Shown in pieces: positions 1-10,800 of a DNA stretch of 64,000 nucleotides. The position numbers and the translations under genes are program-made. The notes beneath the pieces were generated by a model. It saw only the letters and a list, made by a program, of their open reading frames with translations, was not told where the DNA came from and ran no database searches. This DNA comes from Nibricoccus sp. (lineage in GTDB: Bacteria > Verrucomicrobiota > Verrucomicrobiia > Opitutales > Opitutaceae): positions 1,664,001 through 1,728,000 of the forward strand of contig JASGHG010000001.1 in assembly GCA_047602425.1 (NCBI GenBank), written 5' to 3'. Within the stretch, counting starts at the first letter, position 1, and the number at the start of each line of letters is the position of its first letter.

Positions 1-820
1 CAGGAAAGCCTTCGGGCACGGTGGGACGCGGCGCGAAATCGACGGGCAGCGGCATTTCGTCGGCCTTGTAGAGATCGAAGAAGCGTTTGGGGGCGATGAA
101 GGGGCTGTGGGGTTTGGAGAGGCCAAAGGCGAGGAAGAAGGGTTTGCCGCTGGTTTTGGCCTGGCGGAGAAGTTCGAGGGCTTTGTCGGTTTTTACTGTA
201 TCGGCTTGGGGCGGCGCCTCGTCGTCGGGCGTGGCTTCCCAGCGGTCGGATTTCGAGGCGCGGGAGCGATCCTGGGCGATCATGTTTTTCACGTGCGCTT
301 CGTCCTCGGCGGCGCTGGAGGGAGTCGCGGCGGCGGGTTTTTCTTTTTTGGCCGCGGGTGCGGCGTCGCCAAAATAGCGCGCTTCGCCGCCTTCATCCCA
401 TGCGTCGGTGTCGTCCAAGCCCTCGTGAAAAATCTTTCCGGAGCGAAGCGTGGTGTAGCCGTTTTGACGGAAATATTTCGGGAGACTGGTCCAATCCGGA
501 TGTTCGGTGCCGAACCAAGTGCGGTTGCCTTGCACGCCGGTGGTGGTTGGATGGCGGCCGGTGAGCATTGAAGTGCGGGACGGGCCGCAGAGTGGATATT
601 GGCAATAGGCGCGTTCGAAGCGCACGCCTTTCGTGGCGAGGCGGTCGAGGTTGGGCGTCTGGACCGGTGTGTCGCCGTAGCAATTCAGTTCCGCGCGCAA
701 GTCGTCGGAAATGATGAACAAGACGTTCATCTTTTTCTGTTCCGCCGCTGGGGAAATGGTCGGGAACAGAGAAACGAAAACAAAAAACAACGAGGCGCCG
801 GCAAACTTAGGGAGATTCAT
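1..820 (-). CDS. Sulfatase (iduronate/choline-sulfatase-like), 3' end beyond the window edge
   Basis: Not in the ORF track because it has no stop in the window. Manual translation from ATG 820: signal peptide, MNVLFIISDDLR, QTPNLDRLA, the formylglycine motif CGPSRTSMLTG, and KPHSPFIAP. Confidence 0.9.
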   Translation of the reverse strand, partial: MNLPKFAGASLFFVFVSLFPTISPAAEQKKMNVLFIISDDLRAELNCYGDTPVQTPNLDRLATKGVRFERAYCQYPLCGPSRTSMLTGRHPTTTGVQGNRTWFGTEHPDWTSLPKYFRQNGYTTLRSGKIFHEGLDDTDAWDEGGEARYFGDAAPAAKKEKPAAATPSSAAEDEAHVKNMIAQDRSRASKSDRWEATPDDEAPPQADTVKTDKALELLRQAKTSGKPFFLAFGLSKPHSPFIAPKRFFDLYKADEMPLPVDFAPRPTVPEGFP

Positions 821-943
821 AGGCGAAATACTGTTGCAAAGATGCACTGCTGCGGACGCGCAGCAAGACAGACCCGGTCTTACAGTTGACGCGCCGAACG
901 ATTTTTCCTGACGCAGGCTCGCGCAACTGTGCAGCATCGCGCG

Positions 944-1471
944 ATGCTTTCCACCCTCGTCATGACCGTGATCAGCCCGGATCGCCCGGGTCTCGTCGAA
1001 ATCGTCGCTGCCCATGTCGTTGCCAATGGCGGCAACTGGCTCGAAAGCCGCATGTGCCGCCTCGGCGGCCAATTCGCTGGCATCGTCCGTGTGGAAGTGC
1101 CGGTGGAAAAGAGCGACGCGCTGATCGCCTCGCTCGCGAAGCTCGAAAAGGACGGCCTGCATATTTCGGCCCGCAAGGAATCAGCTGCAACCGCCAGCGC
1201 GCGTGGCACGGTGGCGACGATTGAACTCGTTGGGCAGGACCGTCCGGGTATTTTGCATCAAATTTCCCGCGTGCTCGCGCAAAATGGCGTGAACGTCGAA
1301 GAGCTTTCGTCGGACCGCGTCGATGCCCCCATGGACGGCTCGATGCTCTTTCAGGCGCGGGCAACGGTGTTGTTGCCCAGTGGAGTATCCATCGGTCAAC
1401 TACGAGGCGCTCTGGAGAAGATCGCGAGCGATCTGATGGTTGACGTGAGCATCATGCCCGCCCGGGCTTGA
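944..1471 (+). CDS. Tandem ACT-domain protein, GcvR (glycine cleavage repressor)-like
   Basis: Two ACT repeats: DRPGLV...GGNWLESRM and GQDRPGIL...GVNVEEL. Confidence 0.85.
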   Translation: MLSTLVMTVISPDRPGLVEIVAAHVVANGGNWLESRMCRLGGQFAGIVRVEVPVEKSDALIASLAKLEKDGLHISARKESAATASARGTVATIELVGQDRPGILHQISRVLAQNGVNVEELSSDRVDAPMDGSMLFQARATVLLPSGVSIGQLRGALEKIASDLMVDVSIMPARA

Positions 1472-1616
1472 GACAGCCCTCCTGGCGCGTCCGGAGAATA
1501 AGCCTGAAGAAGTGGTGAGCCTGCGTCGTGCCTTGAAGTTTCCGCAAACAATCCTGCCGGCGTTGTCGTAAACACCGGCAGGATAGGATCAGGCGCGGGG
1601 GTAGACGCGCATTCGA

Positions 1617-4600
1617 TCAGCGGTTGCGCTTGCGCAGATGTTTCCAACAGAACATCGCGCAAAGCGCAGCAAAGTAGGCGTAGCCGGGGGCACCACCACC
1701 GTGCTTGGGCGGCGGGACCACGGGGCCGGACGAAGAACCACTACTGGAGGAGGAGGAAGAGGAACTACTGCTGGAGGAACTTGAGCTGGAGGAGCTACTG
1801 CTGGAGCTACTCGACGAAGAGGAGGAGGAACTGCTCGATGAGGACGAACTTGAGCTCGACGAAGAGGAACCGCCTCCAGAACCAATTGTGACCGCCAACG
1901 GTGCGCTGACGACGTATTCGTTCGTGGCCGAACCGATCACCACGCTATAATTGCCGGCGTGGGTGGCGCTGGAAGCGTTGGCAACGATATAGGTGGCGGC
2001 AGTCGCGCTGGGGATTGCAATGTTGTTCAAACGCCACTGATACGAGGTGGCGGTGAAGCTGGCGGGCACCGCGGTGAGCGTGAAGGAAGCCCCGGCGGCG
2101 ACTTGGGCGGCCGGGCCGGTGATCGAGGCGGACAGCGCGGCGGGCGAATCGACCGAGACGTTGCCCGCGCCGGCTTTCACCAAGTTGGGGATCGTCGAGG
2201 TGGCGTGGAGCTTGTAGGCGTACGGCGGAGTAAAGACGACATCGTTGCTGACGAGCTGGGTGCCCGTGCAGTTATTGAAAATGTTGTCGATCGTCATCAG
2301 GTAGCTGATGTCGTTCGGAAGCGCGGTGCGTTTCGCGAGCGGATTCTTCACACCGTCGTAGTAGTTGTTCTCGCTGAGCATCGAGGCGATGTTGCGGGTC
2401 TCGGTGCAGTAGTCGTTGCCGGCGCAGTCCCAGTAATTGTTGTACATGTGGGCTCCGCCGAAACGGCAGGCGAGCATGCGTTGCATGCAGCCAGTCGACC
2501 ACCAGTTATGGTGCCAGGTGTGGTGATAATTGTTTATGCCGTTGCCGGGGGCGGCGCCGACGTCGTCATCGGCCGAACCAATGAGATTGGAGAAACGGTG
2601 CGCGGTGGTACGGATGTAGTAGAACTTGCACCACGAGACGGTCACGTTGTCCGAACCTTGCACGATATCCAAATTGCCGTCGGTGGCGTCGTAGATGGAG
2701 CACTTCGTGATAAGGACGTTGGTCGAGCCCGACACGGTGATGGCGTCGTTGTCCTGCACGGTGTCGGTCGTATCGCCGGTTGGGGCGGTGACGTTGAGGT
2801 TGCGGATGATGACATTGGTCACGTTGCTAATGTTGAGCGTGCCAATAATCGTGGCCGAAGTGTCGGCGCCGCGAAGGGTCTTGTTCGACCGGACGTTGAT
2901 GCGGCCGTTAAGCCCCAGATCGATCGTGCCCGAGACGATAATGTTGTACGGAGTGGTGGACTCGGCGTAGGTCTTGAGGTCGAAGGCAGTGGCAACCGTA
3001 ACCGTGCTACCGGAAGCACCGCCGGTCGCGGTCGCAGCATAACCGTCGGCGACGATCTGCGCGATGGTACCGCCGGACGAGGATGACGAACTCGAGGAGC
3101 TGGAAGAAGACGACGAGCTTGAGCTAGAGGACGAACTTCCGCTGGAACTCGAGGACGAACTGGAAGACGAGGAACTGCTGCTGCTCGAGGAGCTGGACGA
3201 ACTGCTGGAGCTCGAAGAGGAGGAACTGGAACCGCCACCGGTGTAATAGGGCGTGTAGGTGACTTCGAAGAGGCTGGTGTCAATCGTACCAGCCGACAAA
3301 GCCGCGGAACTGGGACGCACGTCGAAGGTGTCAAAGGTAAAGCCGTTCGGAGTGGCGTCGGAGTAGCTCACACTGGCGGTACCGGTCGTGTTCAACGTGC
3401 CACCCACCATGGTCGCGGTTACGTTCATTGTGCTCGGAGTCGCCAGGTCACGGGTGAGTGTCATGGTGAACGTGTAGGACGTTCCTGAGGTGTAGCCGGG
3501 TGCACTGTTGCCAATACCATTGACGAGCGCAGTCCAATTGCCAGAGGTGCCGAGAAGAGCCCCGGCAGAAGTCGCGCCCCATCGCCTCAATTGGAAGGAG
3601 TTACCGTTACCGGTGGTCTGGCCCATGTTCATAAGCATGGCATAACCGGCATAGATGGCGGTCGCGGGGGCGGCGTCCGCAGTCGAGCGACTGCCGACCG
3701 GCGTACGAACAAGCGCAAGATTGAAGCCCTGACTGGTATTGGTGGCGTTGACGTCGGTTGGCGTGAATACCCATTTCACGGTGAGACTGTCACCAGCTGC
3801 GAGTGTGACGGGGGTCGCCTCCGGTGTGAAGTAAGTGTAGAAGGACAAAGAACTGGTAGGAATAGTCGCGGTGAGATGACCGGCGGTGGCATTCAGAGCG
3901 GGTGTGGAACTTGAGAACCAAGCGGATTCGCGGTCGCCGTCGCTGTCCGCGTCGGTGCTGGTCACGCCGTTGTTTTCGGCATAAGTCGGGGAAGCTGGAG
4001 CGCTGCGATCGGCGTCCTGCCAAGTGTCGTGCACAAGCGGACCGCTGGAGCCCGAAGATGACGAGGATGACGAACTACTCGAAGAGGAGCTACTGGAACT
4101 CGAACTGCTGCTCGAAGAGGAGCTGCTGGAGCTCGACGAGGATGAACTGCTGCTGGAAGAGGAACTGGAGGACGAGGAGCTCGATGAAGAAGACGAGGAC
4201 GAGCTGCTGGAGGACGAACCACCGTTAACAACCAAATTCGCAGCGCTGCTGGTTGTGCTGCCGGAGGCGTTGGTGGCCACGACGGTGTAGGCGCCGGCAT
4301 CGCCCGAGATTGGGCTGGCGATCGTATAGGTGGCGGCCGTGGCGGAGGGAATGTCGACGCCATCCTTGCGCCACTGGTAGGTGGCGTTGGGAACGGCCAT
4401 GGTGGCAGCGGTAAACGACACGGAAGTACCGGCATTGACGGTGGCGGAGGCGGGCTGCGTGGTGAAAATAGGGGTCAGGGCTGGCGTCCAAGGAGACGGA
4501 ACAACGGTGCCGGCCATGTTGGAATTGAGAACCCAAACAACGTCGCGGTAGTTAGCCTGCGTCGTGGTGTCGGTCGGCATATTGGTGAAAGCATCGCTGT

Positions 4601-7600
4601 TCGGGTTAACTACGGCGGCAGCCGTGCCGTCGACGATGGTGTTAGTCCAGTTGTGAACGTTAGGAGTGGCAGCAGCGACGTTGTTGAGGAGCCACCAGCC
4701 GCCCATGTAATTGGCGCCGCTCACACCGGAGGTGGTGTTGAGGAAGGCGTTGTTGGTCGCGTCACCAAAGGTGGAGTCGAGGATGACCACTTCGCTGTAG
4801 GGATATTGGCCGGTGTTGGGATCGATGCGGCCAAAGTATGTGCCGGTGATTCCAGCGGGTGCGGTGAAGCGGCAATTGCGAAAGACGTAGCCGTGCTTGG
4901 TGTTGTCGTTGCGAATCTGGGTGAAATAGCCGCCGGTGCGAAGAATGCGGATGTCGCAATTTTCAAAATAGGTCGGTCCGTCGCCCCACATGAAATCGAC
5001 GTCGCCTTCGATATAGCAGTCTTTGACGTAAGCCTGCTTGTTGATCTGAAGCGTATCCTGGTAGCTGTAGAGTTCGCAGTTGATCAGGACATTTTTGCCA
5101 ACGGTAGCGCTCGAGCCGTTGATCACGAGAGCCTCGGCCTGCGAGCCATTTTGCGGCGTGGTGTTGATGAAGGTGAGATTGGCGAAAACGGTGTCGTGCA
5201 CAGATTGGGCAACGACGGTGGAACGATGATAAACGCCGGAGACGTTGTTGAAGTTATTATTGTTCGGGTAAGCGATGATGACGTTGTCGCGATTCTGTCC
5301 AAGGAACGTGATGTTATGCTTCGATTGGTAGCCGACCTCTTCGAAGTAAGTGCCGTTCTTGATGTAGATCGTTGTCGGTGTCGTGTTGGCACCGGGAACA
5401 AAATCGATGGCGCCTTGGACGGTGTTGAAATCGCCCGAGCCATCGGCGGCGACGGTCAACAAAGCGGTTCCAGCCGTGGGGCTGGAGGCCTTGGTCGAGA
5501 AGGTCCATGTAGTGTTATTGTTGATACCAGCAAAGGCTTCGCCAGCGGCGTTGACGAAGACGCCGGCGTCAACCTTGACGTAGTAGGTTTTGCCGTAGGC
5601 AAGAACGTTGTTGCGCGGATAAATCGTGGCGGTGTTGCCGGAGACGGTGATCGGGTAGTAATTGAAATTATTTGGGATACCGCCGATGGCCTTGGTCAAA
5701 ACTGGTAGCAGTTGCGTGGAGAGCGTGCTTGAAGCGCGAAGCGTGTCGCGGCGATTCGTGGCTTCCACCATGTCAATGGTTTCGACCACAGTATCATTGG
5801 AGGCATCGTAGATGCGAAGGAGGCCGGAGATGCCGGGTGTCACCGCCTCGTTGAAAGTAATTGTAAGACGGGTGTCAGGGTTGAGGCTGGAGGCGGCGTT
5901 GATCGGAGTGACCGCCGTCGTCGCCATCGTGGCGGAGAGCACGACAACCGAGGCGGCAGAACTGGTGAGGTTGCCGACGGAATTGCTGACGGTTACGGTG
6001 TAGTTGCCGTTGTCGGCCCCGGTGGCGCCAGTGATGGCGTAGCTGGCGCTGGTTGCACCGACAATATTGGCGCCGTTCTTCTTCCATTGATAGTTGGGAG
6101 CAGGCGTCCCGGAGGCCGTGACAGAAAGTGTAATTGAACCGCCTACATTGATGGTGCCTCCGGTGGGTTGGCCGGTGATTGCAGGAGCTTGATTGACGGT
6201 GAGCGTCGCGCCGTTGCTGGTAGCGGAACCCTGCCCATTCGTCACAACGACACGGTAAAGTCCGGCATCGGCCAGAGCCGCGTTAGAGATGGCGAGTGTA
6301 TCGGCGGTGGCGCCGGAAACATCACTGTAGCTGCTGCCACCATTGGTGCTCTTCTGCCATTGATAAGTGAGCGGCGCGGTGCCGTTGGCGATGACGCTGA
6401 AAGTATTGGAACCGCTGACGAGAATTGTGGCGTCGGCCGGATGTGTGACGATGGATGGAGCAACCGCGCCGGCAGAGACGGTGAGCGTCGCGGCGTTACT
6501 GGTCGAGGAACCTGCGATGTCGGTTACAACGACCGTGTAACTGCCCGCATCGGACATTTGGCAGCTGGCAATCGTATAGGAAGCAGAGGTGGCGCTGGAA
6601 ATATCGACGCCGTCCTTTTTCCATTGATAGGTAAGCGCGGTGCCAGTGCCGCCATCGGCAACAACAGTAAAGGTCGCAGCTTCGCCAACGGCCTTCGTGA
6701 GGCTAAGCGGCTGCGTGTTGATAGCGGGGACGATAGTGGTCGGTGCGTTGGTGGTTATCTTAATACTATTTGTATCAAAGATAGAAGCTGGGCCGGCCTC
6801 TCTGTAGCCCACAGCAAGACCATCAAAACTGGCGGTCTTAATTTCTGATGTCGTTGTATTTTGCGTGAACAGTGGCGTTGCTGATATATCAGTGCCCGAG
6901 TAAATGCTATGCGTGATTATCAAGGCAGCCGCTCCAGATTTTTGAATCTTGAGCACCATTGAGTATTGGGAACCAACTGTTAATGCCGCCGGTAGCGTAG
7001 CATTCGAAGTTGTCCCAGCAGCTGCAATACTCGGCGAATTATAGATGAGATCCTGATTATACGCCGCAGTAGTCAACACGGTTGGTCGATAGAATAGACC
7101 GTTTGCATTTCCGCCCGAACCGGAAACATAGGTTCTCCCAAAATAACCGAACCAGCCCTCAACGCCAGGCGTTAAAGCAGCTGTCGAATTTGTTTGCCCG
7201 CCTGCATATGGCTGAACTGCAGATCCGTTGTAAAGCCCGAGCATCAATGCATTGTTGGCAGTGGCATTAAATATGCCGGCTTCATTGGTGAACGTAACAA
7301 CCACTTGGATGTAATCTCCCACACTTGTGAGAACCACCGGGTATTTCGTGAACAACGCCTGAATCTGGTTCGCGGCGGAACCAGTCGACGTCATCGTGAA
7401 TTTCAGATGCCCAGCGGTGATCGATGGTGCACCGCTGCTTCCGTTGAACGCCTTGGCGCTAATCTGTTGGTATGCGGTAGCCGACAAGCTGGGTTGGCTT
7501 GGCGAAACTGGATTCGATGCAACCGTGCTGCCTCCCCCAAACGTGTCGTCAAACACGACGGTTTGGGCGTGGCCGGCTAGTGCGGCGCATCCGAGCGCGA

Positions 7601-7646
7601 GCAAAGCAGTTGAGAGACGACGAAACGAAAACGTCGGGAGGTGCAT
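1617..7646 (-). CDS. 2009-aa secreted multidomain pectinase: CE8 pectin methylesterase + PL1 lyase, Ig-like repeats, poly-Ser linkers, C-terminal sorting-like tail
   Basis: Signal peptide; Ig repeats (YQWxKxG...DAGxYxVVV); CE8 motifs QAEAL, YQDTL, GDVDFMWG; PL1 motifs GYA..ATGG, SNKTLRG, DGNLDI, HHNWW, HMYNNY; tail GGGAP + hydrophobic stretch + RKRNR. Confidence 0.92.
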   Translation of the reverse strand: MHLPTFSFRRLSTALLALGCAALAGHAQTVVFDDTFGGGSTVASNPVSPSQPSLSATAYQQISAKAFNGSSGAPSITAGHLKFTMTSTGSAANQIQALFTKYPVVLTSVGDYIQVVVTFTNEAGIFNATANNALMLGLYNGSAVQPYAGGQTNSTAALTPGVEGWFGYFGRTYVSGSGGNANGLFYRPTVLTTAAYNQDLIYNSPSIAAAGTTSNATLPAALTVGSQYSMVLKIQKSGAAALIITHSIYSGTDISATPLFTQNTTTSEIKTASFDGLAVGYREAGPASIFDTNSIKITTNAPTTIVPAINTQPLSLTKAVGEAATFTVVADGGTGTALTYQWKKDGVDISSATSASYTIASCQMSDAGSYTVVVTDIAGSSTSNAATLTVSAGAVAPSIVTHPADATILVSGSNTFSVIANGTAPLTYQWQKSTNGGSSYSDVSGATADTLAISNAALADAGLYRVVVTNGQGSATSNGATLTVNQAPAITGQPTGGTINVGGSITLSVTASGTPAPNYQWKKNGANIVGATSASYAITGATGADNGNYTVTVSNSVGNLTSSAASVVVLSATMATTAVTPINAASSLNPDTRLTITFNEAVTPGISGLLRIYDASNDTVVETIDMVEATNRRDTLRASSTLSTQLLPVLTKAIGGIPNNFNYYPITVSGNTATIYPRNNVLAYGKTYYVKVDAGVFVNAAGEAFAGINNNTTWTFSTKASSPTAGTALLTVAADGSGDFNTVQGAIDFVPGANTTPTTIYIKNGTYFEEVGYQSKHNITFLGQNRDNVIIAYPNNNNFNNVSGVYHRSTVVAQSVHDTVFANLTFINTTPQNGSQAEALVINGSSATVGKNVLINCELYSYQDTLQINKQAYVKDCYIEGDVDFMWGDGPTYFENCDIRILRTGGYFTQIRNDNTKHGYVFRNCRFTAPAGITGTYFGRIDPNTGQYPYSEVVILDSTFGDATNNAFLNTTSGVSGANYMGGWWLLNNVAAATPNVHNWTNTIVDGTAAAVVNPNSDAFTNMPTDTTTQANYRDVVWVLNSNMAGTVVPSPWTPALTPIFTTQPASATVNAGTSVSFTAATMAVPNATYQWRKDGVDIPSATAATYTIASPISGDAGAYTVVATNASGSTTSSAANLVVNGGSSSSSSSSSSSSSSSSSSSSSSSSSSSSSSSSSSSSSSSSSSSSSSSSSSSSSSSGSSGPLVHDTWQDADRSAPASPTYAENNGVTSTDADSDGDRESAWFSSSTPALNATAGHLTATIPTSSLSFYTYFTPEATPVTLAAGDSLTVKWVFTPTDVNATNTSQGFNLALVRTPVGSRSTADAAPATAIYAGYAMLMNMGQTTGNGNSFQLRRWGATSAGALLGTSGNWTALVNGIGNSAPGYTSGTSYTFTMTLTRDLATPSTMNVTATMVGGTLNTTGTASVSYSDATPNGFTFDTFDVRPSSAALSAGTIDTSLFEVTYTPYYTGGGSSSSSSSSSSSSSSSSSSSSSSSSSSSSSSGSSSSSSSSSSSSSSSSSSSSSGGTIAQIVADGYAATATGGASGSTVTVATAFDLKTYAESTTPYNIIVSGTIDLGLNGRINVRSNKTLRGADTSATIIGTLNISNVTNVIIRNLNVTAPTGDTTDTVQDNDAITVSGSTNVLITKCSIYDATDGNLDIVQGSDNVTVSWCKFYYIRTTAHRFSNLIGSADDDVGAAPGNGINNYHHTWHHNWWSTGCMQRMLACRFGGAHMYNNYWDCAGNDYCTETRNIASMLSENNYYDGVKNPLAKRTALPNDISYLMTIDNIFNNCTGTQLVSNDVVFTPPYAYKLHATSTIPNLVKAGAGNVSVDSPAALSASITGPAAQVAAGASFTLTAVPASFTATSYQWRLNNIAIPSATAATYIVANASSATHAGNYSVVIGSATNEYVVSAPLAVTIGSGGGSSSSSSSSSSSSSSSSSSSSSSSSSSSSSSSSSSSSSSSSSSSGSSSGPVVPPPKHGGGAPGYAYFAALCAMFCWKHLRKRNR
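1730..1865 (-). repeat. Poly-serine linker coding tract (C-terminal)
   Basis: Long Ser run encoded by mixed TCN/AGY codons. Confidence 0.9.
3075..3235 (-). repeat. Poly-serine linker coding tract (middle)
   Basis: Long Ser run just before the PL1 domain. Confidence 0.9.
4050..4220 (-). repeat. Poly-serine linker coding tract (first)
   Basis: Long Ser run after the CE8-Ig module. Confidence 0.9.
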
Positions 7647-7775
7647 GGGAGGCGTGGGGTCAGTCGAGCGGTCGGACAGAGCTGGGTGGTGGCAGCACAG
7701 TCGCGTTCGAGCAGAACGCGCAGGCTACTCGCAAACAATATACGGTTCCGTCTGGCTCGTCTTGTCGTCAGTTTT

Positions 7776-7821
7776 GATGACACCTCCTTCGAAGACGTCT
7801 TTTTGAAGCGGGGTTGTCATC
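7776..7821. promoter_or_regulatory. Imperfect inverted repeat in the divergent promoter region (candidate operator)
   Basis: GATGACACCTCCTTCGAAGAC / GTCTTTTTGAAGCGGGGTTGTCATC, centred on GACGTC, with perfect outer arms GATGACA/TGTCATC. Confidence 0.45.
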
Positions 7822-7853
7822 TGTTCGCGGAACGAGTTTAAAGTTTCACCCCC

Positions 7854-10800
7854 GTGCTCCAGCCGACTCCAAACCTCTTCCGTCTATTTTGCGCAGTATT
7901 GTGCCTGGCAACAACGCCGTTGTACGCCGACTACCGCCCGCCGGCCGACTACACCTTGCGCGAATGGACCGAGTCGCAGGGCCTGCCTTCCAACGAAGCC
8001 TCTGCGGTGTTTCAAGATGGCCAAGGTTATCTCTGGGTGATCACCAATGCCGGCCCTGCCCGTTTTGACGGCAACTCCTTTGAGCCGCAGAAAATGCCGC
8101 CCGAGGTCGCTTCCCGCGGCATGATCATTCTGCCAGATCCGACCAATCGCACCGCCACGCTCGTCGCGCCGGCGAATCTGAACGCGGGTTCCGAGGGAGC
8201 CGTCACCGCCAAAACCGATGGCTTCTACATCCGCGACGCCAGCGGCGAATTCCGTTTTCAACAAGAACCTCTCCTCACCGGTAAAACGGTCCGCACAGTT
8301 TTCGCCATGCCCGATGGCACGCTCTGGCTCGGTTGCGACGACGGCACCCTTCTTCGCCGCAAAGGTGCCGAGGCCGCGCTGTTTCCCGCTCCCGAGACTG
8401 CCACAACCAAACGTAATCCCATCCTCGCCATCGACCAGCAACAACGCCTTTGGGCCGTCATCGGTGCGCATATCTACCGCCTCGACGGTTCAAGCTGGAC
8501 GCTTCAATACACCGAGCCGAGCAACGGCGAATTGCGTCTCTGCTCAAGCCAGACTGGCGGCCCCTGGCTCCTAACTCGTGAAGCCCTTTTCAAATGGCAG
8601 GACGACAGACTCGTTGAAATCGCGCGTCTGCCCGAGCTCATGGGCGCGCATTTTGTTCAAACCGCCTTGGAAGACACCCATGGAATTCTCTGGCTGGGTA
8701 CCCGTTCCCAAGGTCTGTTCCGGTACACCAACAATAAATTTCTTCACCTCGCCACGGGCAGCGAGGATATCACCGCGATCTGGGCAGACACGGAAGACGA
8801 TCTATGGGTCACCACCAACGGCGGCGGTCTGAATCGTCTCCGTCCCAAAGCCCATCACCTCTTCGACCAGGCCAGCGGCCTCAAAGACAATTATAGCTAC
8901 ACGGTGGCCGAAGACGCCTCGGGCGCCATTTGGCTCGGCAACCGCGACGGCGGCGCCGCCCGCATCGTCGATGGCACCGTCGATCCCATCTCGCGCCGGG
9001 CGAACTGGCGCCCGTTCAGCGCGATGTCCGTTTCCCCCGCGAATGACGGCGGCATGTGGATCACCTCCGGCATCGGCATCTACCGAACCGATCCTTCCAA
9101 TACCGACAAGCTTCAACGCCAGCCCGCCATTCCCGGGTACAAAAGCGTTCGTGCCAGTTTCACCGCCCGCAATGGCGACTATTGGTTCTCTGTCGACCCC
9201 GACCGCCTCGTTCGCTGGCGCGCGGGGCAGCTCACTCTTTTTGGTCATACCGAAGGGTTCGATGGACGCGAAATCCGCGCCATTGCCGAGGATTCCGAAG
9301 GCGTCATCTGGCTCGGCGCGGCCGATGGGCGGCTTTACCGCAGCAAAGGAGAAAAGTTTGAACGCGTGCCGTTCGCCGACTCCGACAATGCGGGCGCCAT
9401 TCAAGTGCTTCGCTTCGAAGCCGACGGAACCCTGCTGGCGGGTACCACCCGCGTCGGCGTGTTGATCTTTTTGGCGGCCGACCGCCTTCATCCGAAGGCA
9501 CTTCACGCCTTTGCCGGCCTGCCGAGCAGCAATATCACCCAAATCCTCGCCGACGACCATGAGCGCTACTGGTTCGGCTCGCGCAATGGAATTTTCTGGG
9601 TCCACCGGGCTCAAGTCCAGGCCTTCGCCCTTGGCAAGTCCGCCCGGGTCCACGCCATCACGCTCGGCGTGGATGACGGTCTGCCCGAACTCACCTGCCT
9701 CGGCCTCTTTCAACCCGCCGCGTGGAAATCCCGCGATGGCAAACTCTGGTTCGCCACCCGGCGCGGCGTGCTCTGCACCGATCCCGCCCTCACCACCGGC
9801 GACGATCATTTGGATCCTGTGACTGTTTCGGCGATGACTTGCGACGGGCAATCCCGGACTCTTTCCGACAAGCCCAGGATCCGTTCCACTGTCCGCAAAA
9901 CCGAAATCCGCCTCTCGGTCCTTTGCCTGTCGACGCCCGAGCGTGTCCAGGTGCGTTATCAACTCGAAGGTTTCGACAACGATTGGGTGGTGCTCAAGGA
10001 CAGCCGCGTGGCCACCTACCCTCGCTTGCCGCCCGGCACCTACGTTTTTCGCGCCATGGCGAGCAAGGGCAATGGCATCTGGAACGAACAGTCCGAGCTT
10101 CTCACACTCACCGTCACCCCGCCGTGGTGGCAGAGCTTGTGGGCGCGCGTCCTTTATCTCTTGATTCTGGTTGTTGTCGTGGGTGTGGTCGTACGCGCCC
10201 GCTCCCACCGCCGCCTCAGCCGTCGCCTGGTAGATCTCGAACGCGAGCGCGCCATCGAGCAGGAACGCACCCGCATTGCGCGCAACATCCATGACGAATT
10301 GGGCGCCAGTCTCACCCACATCAGCCTGCTTACCCAAGCCGCCCAGCAGAACCAACCCGCGCAAAACGCCAGCTTCGACAAAATCTACGAGGCCACCCAC
10401 GAAATCACCCGTGCGATGGACGAAATCGTTTGGGCCGTGAACCCCAAGTGCGACGATCTCGAAAGCCTCGTCTACTACATTGGCAACTTTGCCCAAAATC
10501 TCCTCTCCGCCGCCGGCATCCGCTGCCGCCTCGACCTGCCCAGTGCGCCGCCTCCCCTGCGCCTCCCCAGTCCCGTCCGTCACAACCTTTTCCTCTGTTG
10601 CAAGGAAGCTCTCAACAACGCCGTTAAACACGCCAAAGCCGAACTTGTATCTATCGCCATAACGGTCGAAGGCCAGACCCTGCGCCTCACCGTCGCCGAC
10701 AATGGCCGCGGACTTGCCCCCGCCGTTTCCAACGCCCGCACCCGGCTCACTCCAGCCAGTGGACTCGAAAACCTGCGCCAGCGCATGACTGAAATTGGCG

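Noticed and set aside
1730..4220. Repetitive tracts as a possible CRISPR array or satellite
   Set aside because: No fixed repeat-spacer period; they are mixed Ser codons within a CDS.
1705..4290. Plus-strand poly-Glu/Leu/Asp ORFs (1705..1950, 3064..3246, 4024..4290)
   Set aside because: They are antisense shadows of the poly-Ser linkers.
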